Positions 1 to 11,789 of a stretch of 64,000 nt of DNA are shown here, piece by piece (positions within the stretch are counted from its first letter, which is position 1; every line of letters begins with the position of its first letter). This stretch comes from Octopus sinensis (lineage: Eukaryota). Position numbers and translations under genes: made by a program. The stretch covers positions 134,850,001 through 134,914,000 of the forward strand of contig NC_042997.1 in the NCBI RefSeq assembly GCF_006345805.1, given 5' to 3'. Below the pieces are notes generated by a model. It saw nothing but the letters and a program-made list of their open reading frames with translations. It was not told where the DNA came from and did no database searches.

Positions 1-212
1 TTATAGCCAAATTATATCTGAATAGATAGATACATTTTCTATCTATTCTTACCTTAAAAATTAATATTTAACATTATAATCGATTGTATGACTTAATAAT
101 AATCGTTAAAGTTTCTAGTTTGATAATAGAGTTTTTTGTAAGAAAATTTATTATTTTATTTATTTCTTTAAAAAATATTGTTTAAATATATTTGATTATA
201 TATTTAACTATT

Positions 213-316
213 TTCATTAACCTGAAGATTGACTATAACCATAATTCGAATTATTAATTGAAGTTAAATTATTGTTATTCGAATTAGGTTATGGGCATGA
301 AACGATCGTAGTGGTT
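213..316 (+). ncRNA. Degenerate type I hammerhead ribozyme motif in a Penelope-type pseudo-LTR remnant
   Basis: CTGAAGA at 222-228, long hairpin stem II, GAAA at 299-302, minimal stem III C-GATC-G and GTA triplet at 308-310; stem I is mismatched. Flanking 300-630 is homologous to 35826-35985. Confidence 0.55.
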
Positions 317-622
317 TTACTTTTTAACTTATATTAAATTTTTTAATACTTTTTGATAGTTATACATATTTTTAAAAAGAAGAAGAATAAATAAATAAAT
401 AAATAAATAATAAAAAATCAAAATAAAAATTTTTAAGTATATATATATAAAAATTTATAAATATAAATTAAAAATTTTAAATTTTCAAATTTAAATTTAA
501 ATAATTTAAGTTTAGAATTTTATGTCTTATATATTTTGTATATTATATTAATTAATTTTGTTTCTATGTTTTGGTTTATGTTTTTCACTGATTTGCCTAA
601 TAGTGGTTTTATCTCTAATTTA

Positions 623-660
<38 letters not shown>

Positions 661-965
661 TCACCTACCACTCTACTTGACTGTCTACCAATCTATCTTT
701 GTCTCTACCATTCTGTCCTACTATCTATCTATCTGTCTATATATATGTATATATATATATAATATATAAACATATATATATATAATATATAAACATATAT
801 ATATATGTTTATATACATATATATGTATATATACATGCATATATGGGTACAGGACTTTAAAAAACTGTACAAAATGAGAAACAAAAAAAGCAAATGAGAA
901 TATAAAAAGCAAAAACATAGAAAATGAATTTTTTTGGAACAACGAAAGAAACAAGCAAACAGAAA

Positions 966-1197
966 GCGGTGAGCTGGCAGAAACGTTAGAAAGCCGGGCG
1001 AAATGCGTAGACGTATTTCGTCTGCCGTTAGGTTTTGAGTTCAAATTTCTCTGAGGTCGACTTTGCCTTTTATCCTTTCGGGGCGATAAATTATGTACCA
1101 GCTACGCACTGTGGTCGATCTAATTGACTTAATCCCTTTGTCCGCCCTTGTTTGTCCCCTCTATGTTTAGCCCCTTTTGGGCAATACAGAAATTAGA
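966..1197 (+). mobile_element. tRNA-derived SINE (family A; head ggcggtgagctggcaga)
   Basis: Pol III A/B-box-like head (gagctggcagaa...gagttcaaat) and a body near-identical to copies at 60078-60305 and 55790-56370. Confidence 0.8.
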
Positions 1198-1421
1198 AAC
1201 AAACAAACAGAGAAACGAGACACGGAAATTCCCTTCATGAGTTGTCCCCTGTTTTATCTCCTTCGCTTTTCGAAGGTAGGGACAAGACGCGACTTATTTA
1301 AAACAGTCCTTCCCGCAAAGCAAATTAAATACAGTTTGGGATATTTTGCGGAGGGTGAAAGTGGTAACAAAAACAGAACAGTGAGAACAAAACAGTAAAA
1401 ACAAACGGTGAGGGCTGTTAA

Positions 1422-1526
<105 letters not shown>

Positions 1527-1936
1527 GGGCAGGTAGACACGAAATTAACAGAGGGCGATAACCGGCACCAGTATTGATAGAGATAAGCGTCAAAACAGCT
1601 CAATAGCCATGAGCTGACAAGAGAGGGAAAACTATTAATACCCAGTTTTATTAAAGGCACGAAATTAGTATATCTGATCGATAACAGAAGATGGATAAGT
1701 GTCCTTGTTTATGTCCTACGTATACGTTTTGTAGTAGTTAATGCATGATGAGCGCTAGCCACTAAAGGTTTTCTTATTATCTCTCTGTTTATTTTCTTGT
1801 GTTCCTTTCTGTTGAAGAGCATAGTTTCGAAACGTAAAAGATTTTCTCCCCTTCCCGAGCGTTTAACTAATACACCTGTTTCTCGATTACACACCTGTTT
1901 TCCTCTTCTGTATGTTTTTCGTGTATTCCAACTATA

Positions 1937-1973
<37 letters not shown>

Positions 1974-2080
1974 TAACAATTGAGGATAAAATCTTTAAAA
2001 GAAATTATCAGTAGTTAGCGTGAAAAACCTCGTAAGAGAAAAAATCCGTAAATTTTTCCACTTTGAAAATATTTATTTAT

Positions 2081-2323
2081 ATTATATTGAGGGTACTACT
2101 ATTCGTAGATACCACACGCTAAAGAGTCACCAATGCGGTCAAAACTACTAAAATAAACAAAATTTTACCGAATGCAAAACTTCAAAGCAAATGATTAAAA
2201 AAAATAATTTTTTAAATGATTTGCTTTGAAGTTTTGCATTCGGTAAAATTTTGTTTATTTTAGTAGTTTTGACCGCATTGGTCCTTCTTTAGCGTGTGGT
2301 ATCTACAAATAGTAGTACCCTCA

Positions 2324-2330
<7 letters not shown>
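2081..2330. repeat. Near-perfect palindrome (about 120-bp arms) related to the 479-bp hammerhead repeat
   Basis: atattgagggtactact...ttcaaagcaaat is mirrored by atttgctttgaa...agtagtaccctcaatat; shares ccacacgctaa, accgaatgcaa and ttcaaag with the 37-kb monomer. Confidence 0.9.
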
Positions 2331-2413
<83 letters not shown>

Positions 2414-2639
2414 TAGGCGTGGATGCCCGAGTGTGTTTTGTGCGTGCATGGATACGATGGGGATCGTGCAGCTTCCATATACCAGCCCCACTCAAAAAGC
2501 TCTCGTCTCTCGCGAATGTAGTGGAAGTTACTTGTCGATGGAATGAGCCAGAACCTGGAGCCATGTTGCTGGAAAGCAAGCTTCAATCCACAATGGCACA
2601 CCTACACATACATACATACATACATACATTCTGATCATT

Positions 2640-3350
2640 AAAGCATCCATTATGGATTACCATCTCCCACTTTTAAAGGTATGCGTTTGCAATCCAGGAA
2701 AAAGAAATCTCAATCAAATTCCTCATACAAAAAAGGGATAGAGATGTAGGAAAAGCAGAAAAATGTGACAACCGATGTAGACTTTGTGGAGTTCACACTG
2801 AAAATAGTACCCATACCATAAGCTGTTGTCCGAAACTGTTATCACATTATTATCTAACGATGAGACATGATGCTTTGGCGAGGAGACTGTATAATGAAAT
2901 CCATCGGCAGGATGACACCGAGGACAAATAAGAAGCTAGAGCATGGTAGAAGATATAGCCACTCATCATAAAAAGGAGTACTGGTGGAATGTCCTAATGA
3001 AGACTTTAGTAAAACGTAATAACAGACCTGATATAATGATTTGGGATAGAGAGGAGAAACTGTGTACATTTGTGGGAATTAGCTGCCCAGCGGATATTAA
3101 CATAAAGCTGAAGATCTGTGCAAAAGATACTATCTATGCAGAACTATTGAAAAATCTGCAGTTACTCTACCCAGATTACAAGTTCAGGATTATACCTGTA
3201 ATTAATGAGGTCATGTGATATGTACAACACTGCCGAGATACTAATCTTGAGAAATTAGGCTTCTCAAAACCAGAAAGGAGAGAGCTAATTCGAAGAGTAC
3301 GGATCCAATCCATCACTGGAGCTGTAAAGCTTTCCAGAAATTTATAATTT
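2640..3350 (+). mobile_element. Degenerate R4/Dong-type (RLE) non-LTR retrotransposon 3' fragment
   Basis: Translated CRLCG...H..SCC zinc knuckle, RHD motif, then RPDIMIWD...ISCPAD restriction-like endonuclease motif (ORF 2943-3218); frameshifts and stops present. Confidence 0.75.
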
Positions 3351-4080
3351 AAATATATTGGAGGACGTCTAGATACGCAACTATATGCATGAGAATACAT
3401 CGATAAAACAAAACCTACAAATTTGCACACATACATACGTACATAGATAGATAGATAGATAGATACATACATACATACATACATACATACATACATACAT
3501 ACAGACAGACAGACATACATACATATATACATACATACATACTATAATACATGCATACCTACAAACAAAAATATGCTGTTGTTGGTGTTGAAATTCCAAT
3601 GAAGGAGCCTCAGATTTAGTTTAGAAACCGGCTCTTTATCTATTGGTAAGAAACCATGAAATAAGACTGAACAAAGAAGAAAAATGGCGGACTGTCTAAT
3701 TACAAAAGACGACTTGAGGATGTAGTGCGTGGCCCAAGAAATGGTCTATCCCACCCAGATGTGAAAAGGGCTGCAGCTGAACAACAATCTTTTTTTGGGC
3801 ATGGCACAAAGGATTGTCCAGCTACTGACCTGGCTTCAAACAAAAACCTGGAACTACATCCACCACCATACAAGGCCACCACCAACAACTTATACAGGAT
3901 GGTCACTACTAACACCAACACACACATCACAAAAATATTTCTTCTGGATATAGAAGGGCTGTTGCAGGGCAACTGTAAAATATATTTTTGTCTGCGTGTG
4001 TGTTTGAGTTCACGTGTGTGTGTGTGTGTGTGACACACGCACACACACATATATATATGTGTGTGTGTGCTGATAGATAG

Positions 4081-4141
<61 letters not shown>

Positions 4142-4154
4142 TAGCAGACCAATA

Positions 4155-4830
4155 TAAACTGCATAAAGTACTTAAAATAGAACGAGAAATACTTGCGCCA
4201 ACGTATTTTACATTCAATCGCCGACTTACTTAATCCTTCCCACACCCACGCTATGTGATAACCAGGTAATTAAACAAACAATAAAAGAAAACATAAGCTA
4301 TGTTGTTGTTACTTTAACCTTTCTTCTCTTTATAAATAATAATTTAGTATTGGTCTGATAAGTGTTAAAATCCCAACGAATTCATTTTCTTTACCGGAAG
4401 AAAATTCTATCGGGTAAGATTGACGTCATATGTTGATCTCGTTATGCCAAACTTTCCCTGGTTGACTCAACGTCGAAAAGGAGGATCTATTCAGAGACGA
4501 AGACAGGATCCTAAGAATATTATGTGTTTGCTGAGATATGAAAGGTGTGGTCTATCATGAAGTGCTTAACCACAACGAAATAATTAATGCGGGGACGTAT
4601 ACATTGTGATTCTGCAATTAATAATGAGGGAAAGGATTTTGTGGATTAATTAAATCCATTCAGATGGAAGAATGATCTTCTACATTCGTCTCTTGACATG
4701 CAACAGGGAATTCTTTACAATGAGACATCAATATTGAAAGACGACACAATTAAGATTTACTTTAAAAAAAAATGAGAAAAAAAATTACTGCTGACCTTAT
4801 GAAGGTAAAGACAACCAAAGTAATTTGGAA
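4155..4830 (+). repeat. About 680-bp unit with a mariner transposase remnant; inverted copy at 5950-6750 and a third copy at 38335-39000
   Basis: DMKGVVYHEVLNHNEIINA (mariner WDxKGVIYYELL-like) at about 4535-4595; direct reverse-complement matches to 5950-6750. Confidence 0.75.
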
Positions 4831-4851
4831 AGTTTTATATATATTATATTG

Positions 4852-5055
4852 TTTTATTCTCTTATTTGTTTCAGTCATTTCACTGCGGCCATGCAGGAGA
4901 ACCGCCTTTAGTCAGGAAAATCGATCCCAGGACTTATTCTTTGTAAGCCTAGTACTTATACTATCGGTCTCTTTTGCCGAACTGCTAACTTATGGGGACT
5001 TAAACACGCCGGCATCGGGTGTCAAGCAAATGTTGTGGGGACAAACAAACACACA
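4852..5055 (-). mobile_element. SINE family B, 3' half
   Basis: Reverse complement of the body and tail seen at 8470-8610 and 61300-61488 (taaaggcggt..ccagcatggcc..cagtcaaatgactgaaac). Confidence 0.75.
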
Positions 5056-5658
5056 CAAACACATACACACACACACACACATACTCACACATGCATATAT
5101 ATATACAGACAGACAGGTATATATATAAATATATATATATATTCAGCAAATAAGAAAATGGAGAGGATCCAAAACCACATACATCAGCCGGTAGATATTC
5201 AGGTGTGTCTATTTATTCCAAAGCATAAGAAAGTATTAGAAGAATACTTACACATGCAGTAACTATGCTTTACACACACACTCACACACATGTATTATTA
5301 TTACCTAATTTTTAACTGCCTACAACTTCAACCAAATTGACATGTATGGTTACAAAAAATTACTTCTTCCAAAGGCTGAAACAGCTTTAAGTGATTTTGA
5401 GGGTTTTAATAATTTATATTAAGTTTTTTTTTAATTGTATTCTTATCTTATATGTATTGAATTTTATAATGTACATTTGTATGTTATTATGGTTGTCGTT
5501 TTGATAAATATATAACTCAACATTCTAATATCCTGAAGCTGATAAACCAACTGAATAAAATGTTCTTAAAATTTAAATCCACATCTTTGTCTATATATCT
5601 ACCTTCTCTATATTGTTATCACTTGATATGAAAATTATGTATTAATGGAAAACCTCTA

Positions 5659-5752
5659 TTAATGGCTGATGAGTGCTCAGCATTTTAAAACTGTTGTAAT
5701 ACTTACAACATTTAATAAAATGATGTAGTGCGAAACGATCGTACCAAATTAA
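5659..5752 (+). ncRNA. Minimal type I hammerhead ribozyme (Penelope-like)
   Basis: Stem I ttaatgg/cca[aa]ttaa, CTGATGA at 5666-5672, extended hairpin stem II, GAAA at 5732-5735, palindromic loop C-GATC-G, GTA cleavage triplet at 5741-5743. Confidence 0.7.
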
Positions 5753-5778
5753 CGAAGTTATTCTTGTTGCTTATTTGG

Positions 5779-5827
<49 letters not shown>

Positions 5828-5949
5828 AATGTATGTATGTATGTACATATATATATACATATATATTTTAATATACATATATGTATATATATATATGTAT
5901 AATATATACACATATATATGTACACATGCCCATTTATATATATATATAT

Positions 5950-6109
5950 TTACCAAAGTAATTTGCCAAATTACTTTGGTTGTTTTACCTTCATAAGTAC
6001 GGTAGTAATATATTTTCATTTTTAAAAAGTAAATCTTAATTGTATCCTCTTTCTATTTTAATATCTTTTTGTAATGTTTGCGTTTACTTCGTGGGTATTT
6101 ATTATATAT

Positions 6110-6166
<57 letters not shown>

Positions 6167-6750
6167 TATATTTGGCTGGAAACAATTTTCTGTCACATGT
6201 CAAGAGACGAATGTAGAAGATCATTCTTCCCTCTGAATGGATTTAATTGATCCATAAAATCCGTTTCCTCATTAGTAATTGCAGAATCACAATTTATACT
6301 TCTCCGAATTGATTGTTTCGTTGTATTTAAGAACTTCATGAAAGACCACACCTTTCATATCTCAACAAATACATACTATTCTTAGGATACTGTCTTCGTC
6401 TTCGACTGTGATGTGTCAACCAAGGAAAGTTTGACGTAGTAAAATCACCATGTGACATAAAACTTACCTGATAGAATTTAAAAATTCAGGAAAATATATT
6501 CTTTCCATAAAGGAATTGAATTCGTTGGGAAATTAACATTTATCAGACGAATACTAAATTATTATTTATAAAGAGAAGAAAAGTTATAGTAACAACAACA
6601 TAACTTATATTCTCTGTTTTTTTTTGTATACTTACCCGGTTATCACAAAGCGTGGGTGTGGGAAGGATTAAGCAGGAAGTTGAATGTAAAATACGTTGGC
6701 GCATGTACTTTCTCGTTCTATCTTCAATACATTATGCAGTTTATCCTGAA
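5950..6750 (-). repeat. Inverted copy of the 4155-4830 mariner-containing unit
   Basis: For example gaattcgttggga...tcagacgaatactaaattattatttataaagagaag is the reverse complement of about 4325-4385. Confidence 0.8.
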
Positions 6751-7392
6751 TTCAGTGTCAACCATGTGAGTAATTAGCATGATTTAACTTGTAATCGTTT
6801 AATAATTTGGTGCTTTGTGCTTTTGCCCTCTCGTATGTCTAATAGGCATAATGCCCCCAGGAACGTGAAGACATTATCTCGTTCGTCTAGTATAACCTCC
6901 ACTTAGAAATTTTGCTGTCTATTGAAGATGTTAGATTTAGCATTACAATTCGATGGTAAATGCACTAGCAACCATCTCCTCTAACAGTAATCTTCCTTAA
7001 CTGTCAGTAAGTTACTACTGTATGGTTGCCAATATGCATTTTATTTTATGTCGCGATAGTGCAGAAGGACACACGCGGCCTCGTTCCACTTATGACATAG
7101 TTTTCTTCCCAACATCTTTAATATTTTCGTTTATTTACTTCTTTATTTACGTCTACCCCTGTAACGGTCTTAGCTTGCCCTTGGTTTTAAATATAACTGA
7201 CCAATTGTAATGGTCAGTACCATTACGAGAAAAGGTGGTTGAAATAGTTCAGTAACTACACTATTACAAAAACTTTACCGGTATGTTTTTCGATAAATGT
7301 TAATTAGCTCTATTTACGAAATCAAATGTATTATCATGTTTCTAGACTTGGCGATTCCTTTTATACTTAATTACTAGCTTTATTTTTCAGTT

Positions 7393-7650
7393 CCATTGGG
7401 TTGTCCGGATAGTTCGTGCCGATTTATAGTAGCTTACCTTTCGACTTATTTTAGAATAAGTTTGAGTCCATAAAATAGGATTTGACTAAACCTCCATTTA
7501 GAGCACAGTTTAAACTATTTTTTGTGGGAGGTTTTATGTTCCTATAACCTGTGTTACTTCTGTAAACCTTTAAAATGGAAGATAAGAAAATTCATTTTCG
7601 GTACTTGATGCTTTTCTTTTTCCATAAAAGGGAAAAACGGCCCCCAAAGC
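7393..7650 (+). mobile_element. Mariner 5' TIR and transposase N-terminal fragment
   Basis: TIR-like cattgggttgtccggatagttcgtgccgatt, followed by MEDKKIHFRYLMLFFFHK, a typical mariner N-terminus. Confidence 0.65.
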
Positions 7651-8228
7651 AACGAAAGAAATATGCGCAGTTTAAGGTGATGTTTCTTTATCAGAAAGAA
7701 GGCTGGAGAGTACATAAGCCGAAACGTTATGTTAACAACAACCGAAATGAGGACAAATATCCGTCAAATGTAAATAATGTAAGAAATGCACATAATTCCT
7801 CAGCTCTTAAATATAGAACAGGAAAATTGTAAAGAATAACGAAGTTACAGCGCAATTGTTCCACGTTTAAATCTTAGAACAATTGAAAAATAAGTACTTT
7901 ACCTATAAACAAAGATAGCTCTTGAACACCAAAATGTATCAACTGTCACTCTATACGCTCTCACCTGAAATGAAGTAAAAAAGCAAGTAAACACCTGACC
8001 TTGTTAGGTTCGGAATTCAAGCAAGTGTCTACTGCCACTCCTACTTTCTATATTATACTCCGCTTTCATTTTCCACACCTTGTTGTACTCTTGCATGGAT
8101 ATAAACTGCTTATGTGAGCCTTCTCAATAAGTGTGACCTACATTAGATTTTCTCATGGTGTTACATTTGAATTTCTCTAACACGGTTTAATTTTGAAATA
8201 AGGAAACATTATTGGCCGCAAATTGTTA

Positions 8229-8374
8229 GGAGTGGCTATGTGGTAAGTGGTTTGCTTACGAACCAGTTCCGGGTTCAGTGTCTTCTACTATAGCCTCGGG
8301 CCGAACAAAGACTTTTGAGTGGATTTGTTAGACGGAAACTGAAAGAAGCCCGTCGTATATACGTGTATAATATA

Positions 8375-8455
<81 letters not shown>

Positions 8456-8609
8456 TTGTGTGTCTGTGCTTGTCCACCCAACATCGCTTGACAACAGATG
8501 CTGGTGTGTTTACGTCCCCGTAACCGAGCGGTTCGGCCTAAAAGACCGACAGAGTAATTACTAGGGTTACAAAGTCCTGGGGTCGATTTGCTCGACTAAA
8601 GGTGGTGCC
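8229..8609 (+). mobile_element. tRNA-derived SINE family B with a central microsatellite
   Basis: Head ggagtggctatgtggtaag...ccgggttcagt, internal (TA)n(TG)n, and a conserved 3' body; sister copies at 61119-61488, 32415-32830 and 9425-9632. Confidence 0.8.
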
Positions 8610-8632
8610 TATCATATACATTTATAAGTGTG

Positions 8633-8663
<31 letters not shown>

Positions 8664-8713
8664 ATGTGTGTGTGTGTGTGTGTATGTATGTGTGTGTGTA
8701 TGTATGTGTGTGT

Positions 8714-8780
<67 letters not shown>

Positions 8781-8981
8781 GTTAATCCAAACATGAAAAA
8801 ACAACAACGCGAGGACGTGGAACAAGTATAGTGTTTTTGAACGCTCAGGAAAGGAAAGAAAGAAGGAAGATCTAACGTTTCGAGTGGAGCTCTTCGTCGG
8901 AAACATAGGAAAAGAAAAGATCCAAGGAAGGGAAAACGGTACACACGCGGTCACGTTATATATATATATATATATATATAT

Positions 8982-9264
8982 AACTAAAAATAAGGGTGTC
9001 TGAGAGATCCCACCATGCCGAAATAGCAGTCAAATCCCTGACTCTAAAAACCATGTTAAATGTTCATATCGCACCATGAGATAAGACAGAGGGACAAAAT
9101 AGACTAGCAAAAAGATATTATTCAGTAATATCTTTTTGCTAGTCTATTTTGTCCCTCTGTCTTATCTCATGGTGTGATATGAACATTTAACGTGGTTTTT
9201 AGAATCAGGGATTTGACTGCTATTTCGGCATGGTGGTGTCTCTCAGACACCCTTATTTTTAGTT
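8982..9264. repeat. Near-perfect palindrome with 139-bp arms and a 5-nt loop (ttcag)
   Basis: Arm 8982-9120 is the reverse complement of 9126-9264 with only a few mismatches. Confidence 0.95.
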
Positions 9265-9343
9265 GTAAAAAATTATTACCTTTGTATGGCATTTTTCCCA
9301 TGCTGGCCACTTGATAAAATCGATATTTAAATATTGATATTAT

Positions 9344-9399
<56 letters not shown>

Positions 9400-9801
9400 G
9401 TATATATGTATGTGTGTGTATATGTTTGTGTGTCTTTATTTGTACCCCAACATCGCATGACAACCGATGCTGGTGTGTCTACGTCCGCATAACTTAGCGG
9501 TTCGGCAAAAGAGGCCGATAGAATAAGTACTAGGCTTACAAAGAATATGTCCTGGGGTCGATTTGCTCGACTAAAGGTGATGCTCCAGCATGGCCACAGT
9601 CAAATTACTGAAACAAGTAAAGGAATAAAAGAGTATATAAGAACAGGCGATGAGCTGGCAGAATTCTTAGCCCGCCGGGCAAAATGCTTCGTCAGTCTTT
9701 GCATTCTGAGTTCCAATTCCTTCTTTCTATTGTGGGTTCAAGTTCGACATTATTTTTCACCCTTTCAAGATCTATAATTTAAGTACCATTTGATTATTAG
9801 A

Positions 9802-10118
9802 ACATCCTCTTCCTACTGATTTTATCCCTGAACGCTCACCCCCTCTCTGACAGCTGAACATTATTCATAATTCAACAGTTTTCCCGTCATCATGTACAGA
9901 AGAAGATTTGCACTGTACAAAGTGGTTAGACACCGAGAGGCTGCAACCACGAATGTGGGATTCTATATAATACGATGATTGTCCTCCAACGTACAGACGA
10001 ATGCTTTCGAGGATAATATAAGCATAAACCAAGTTTGATTGAAGTAGCCACAACCTGTGTGAGTGCACGAATGGAGGAAATTGGAGCCAATATGACACGT
10101 AATAATAGACCAAAATAA
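9802..10118 (+). pseudogene. IL17: IL-17-like pseudogene (cystine-knot region)
   Basis: Manual translation PTDFIPERSPPL*QLNIIHNSTVFPSSCTEEDLHCTKWLDT/fs/NHECGILYNTMIVLQRTDECFRG*YKHKPSLIEVATTCVSAR aligns colinearly with the IL-17 at 28408-28935; stops at 9848 and 10014 and one frameshift. Confidence 0.85.
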
Positions 10119-10266
10119 CAAATTCGTAATATGTATATAAAACATTTCGTTCACCGTCATGGAGTCTAAGAATAAAACGGTGGTACCCCAGCATGGCTGC
10201 AGCTCTGACTTGAAACTACAAAAAAGACAATAAGTGTATCTCCATACACACACACAAGACACATAT

Positions 10267-10302
<36 letters not shown>

Positions 10303-10529
10303 ACACAGAGATATATACTTACATCGTGCGATGCGTAAATTGTCGCCATTTTATTTTATTTGCTAAAATAAGTCAGAAACCCTGGTCCAGGAAATAGATG
10401 GTAAATGTTTTTATTTTTCATTAGATTCGGGAATTTATCCCTTATTAGTGGTTTGGACTTTAGCTGCTCTTTCTTGAGTAAAGGATTCCTATGATGGAAA
10501 CCTCTTAAAGTGTTAAATGTACACTGTAT

Positions 10530-10571
<42 letters not shown>

Positions 10572-10579
10572 ATACAGTG

Positions 10580-10624
<45 letters not shown>

Positions 10625-10675
10625 CATCTATATATATATACATATATATATATATAGATATACATATATATATAC

Positions 10676-10706
<31 letters not shown>

Positions 10707-10828
10707 ATATATATATATACATATATATACATATATATATATATGTGTGTATACATATATATATACATATATATATATATACATATATATATATACATAT
10801 ATATACATATATATATATATGTGTATAC

Positions 10829-10859
<31 letters not shown>

Positions 10860-10881
10860 CATACATATATATATATATATG

Positions 10882-10971
<90 letters not shown>

Positions 10972-10985
10972 TACATATATATATA
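10530..10985. repeat. (TA)n/(TACA)n microsatellite
   Basis: Direct inspection; source of spurious IY-repeat ORFs. Confidence 0.95.
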
Positions 10986-11499
10986 TAACTGCGAATGTCT
11001 GTCTGTGTGTCTCGGCAAGCATGAATGCATTAGTACAACTCGAGAACTGTCCAACCCATTTCATTCATATTGTGTTATGGGCCAACAAAATTTTCAACTT
11101 CTTCGCTAATGCGAGCCCAGTGCAATTTGTTGTATTTTACACTATTTGAGTATCACATATCAAAAGTGAAACAATAACATCTATATTCTAATGTGAGATA
11201 GTACATTCTGTTTTAATAGTTTCAATATTAATACTTTCAATATGTGTATAATATATACACAGAGAAATTTTTTATACTGAAGGTATTTATCCAACGTATA
11301 TACATGTATATATATATATATATATGTATATATATACATACTTATATACACTTATAGATATATATATATATATATATATATAAGGACATATATACATTTA
11401 TATGTATGGTATGCATGTATATATGTATATATATATATATGTATGCCTATACATATATGTATGTGTATCAACAATATATATATATATATAAATGTATAC

Positions 11500-11548
<49 letters not shown>

Positions 11549-11590
11549 CGTATATATGTAAATATATATTTAAATATGTATATATATAAG

Positions 11591-11730
<140 letters not shown>

Positions 11731-11789
11731 ATAAACACTTGGTTCTCTCTTTCCCAAACAGAAAATTTAAATGTTTTATGTTTGAATGA

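Noticed and set aside
8995-9050. ctgagaga...gccgaaatagcagtc as a hammerhead
   Set aside because: It does not match CUGANGA, and stem I cannot pair.
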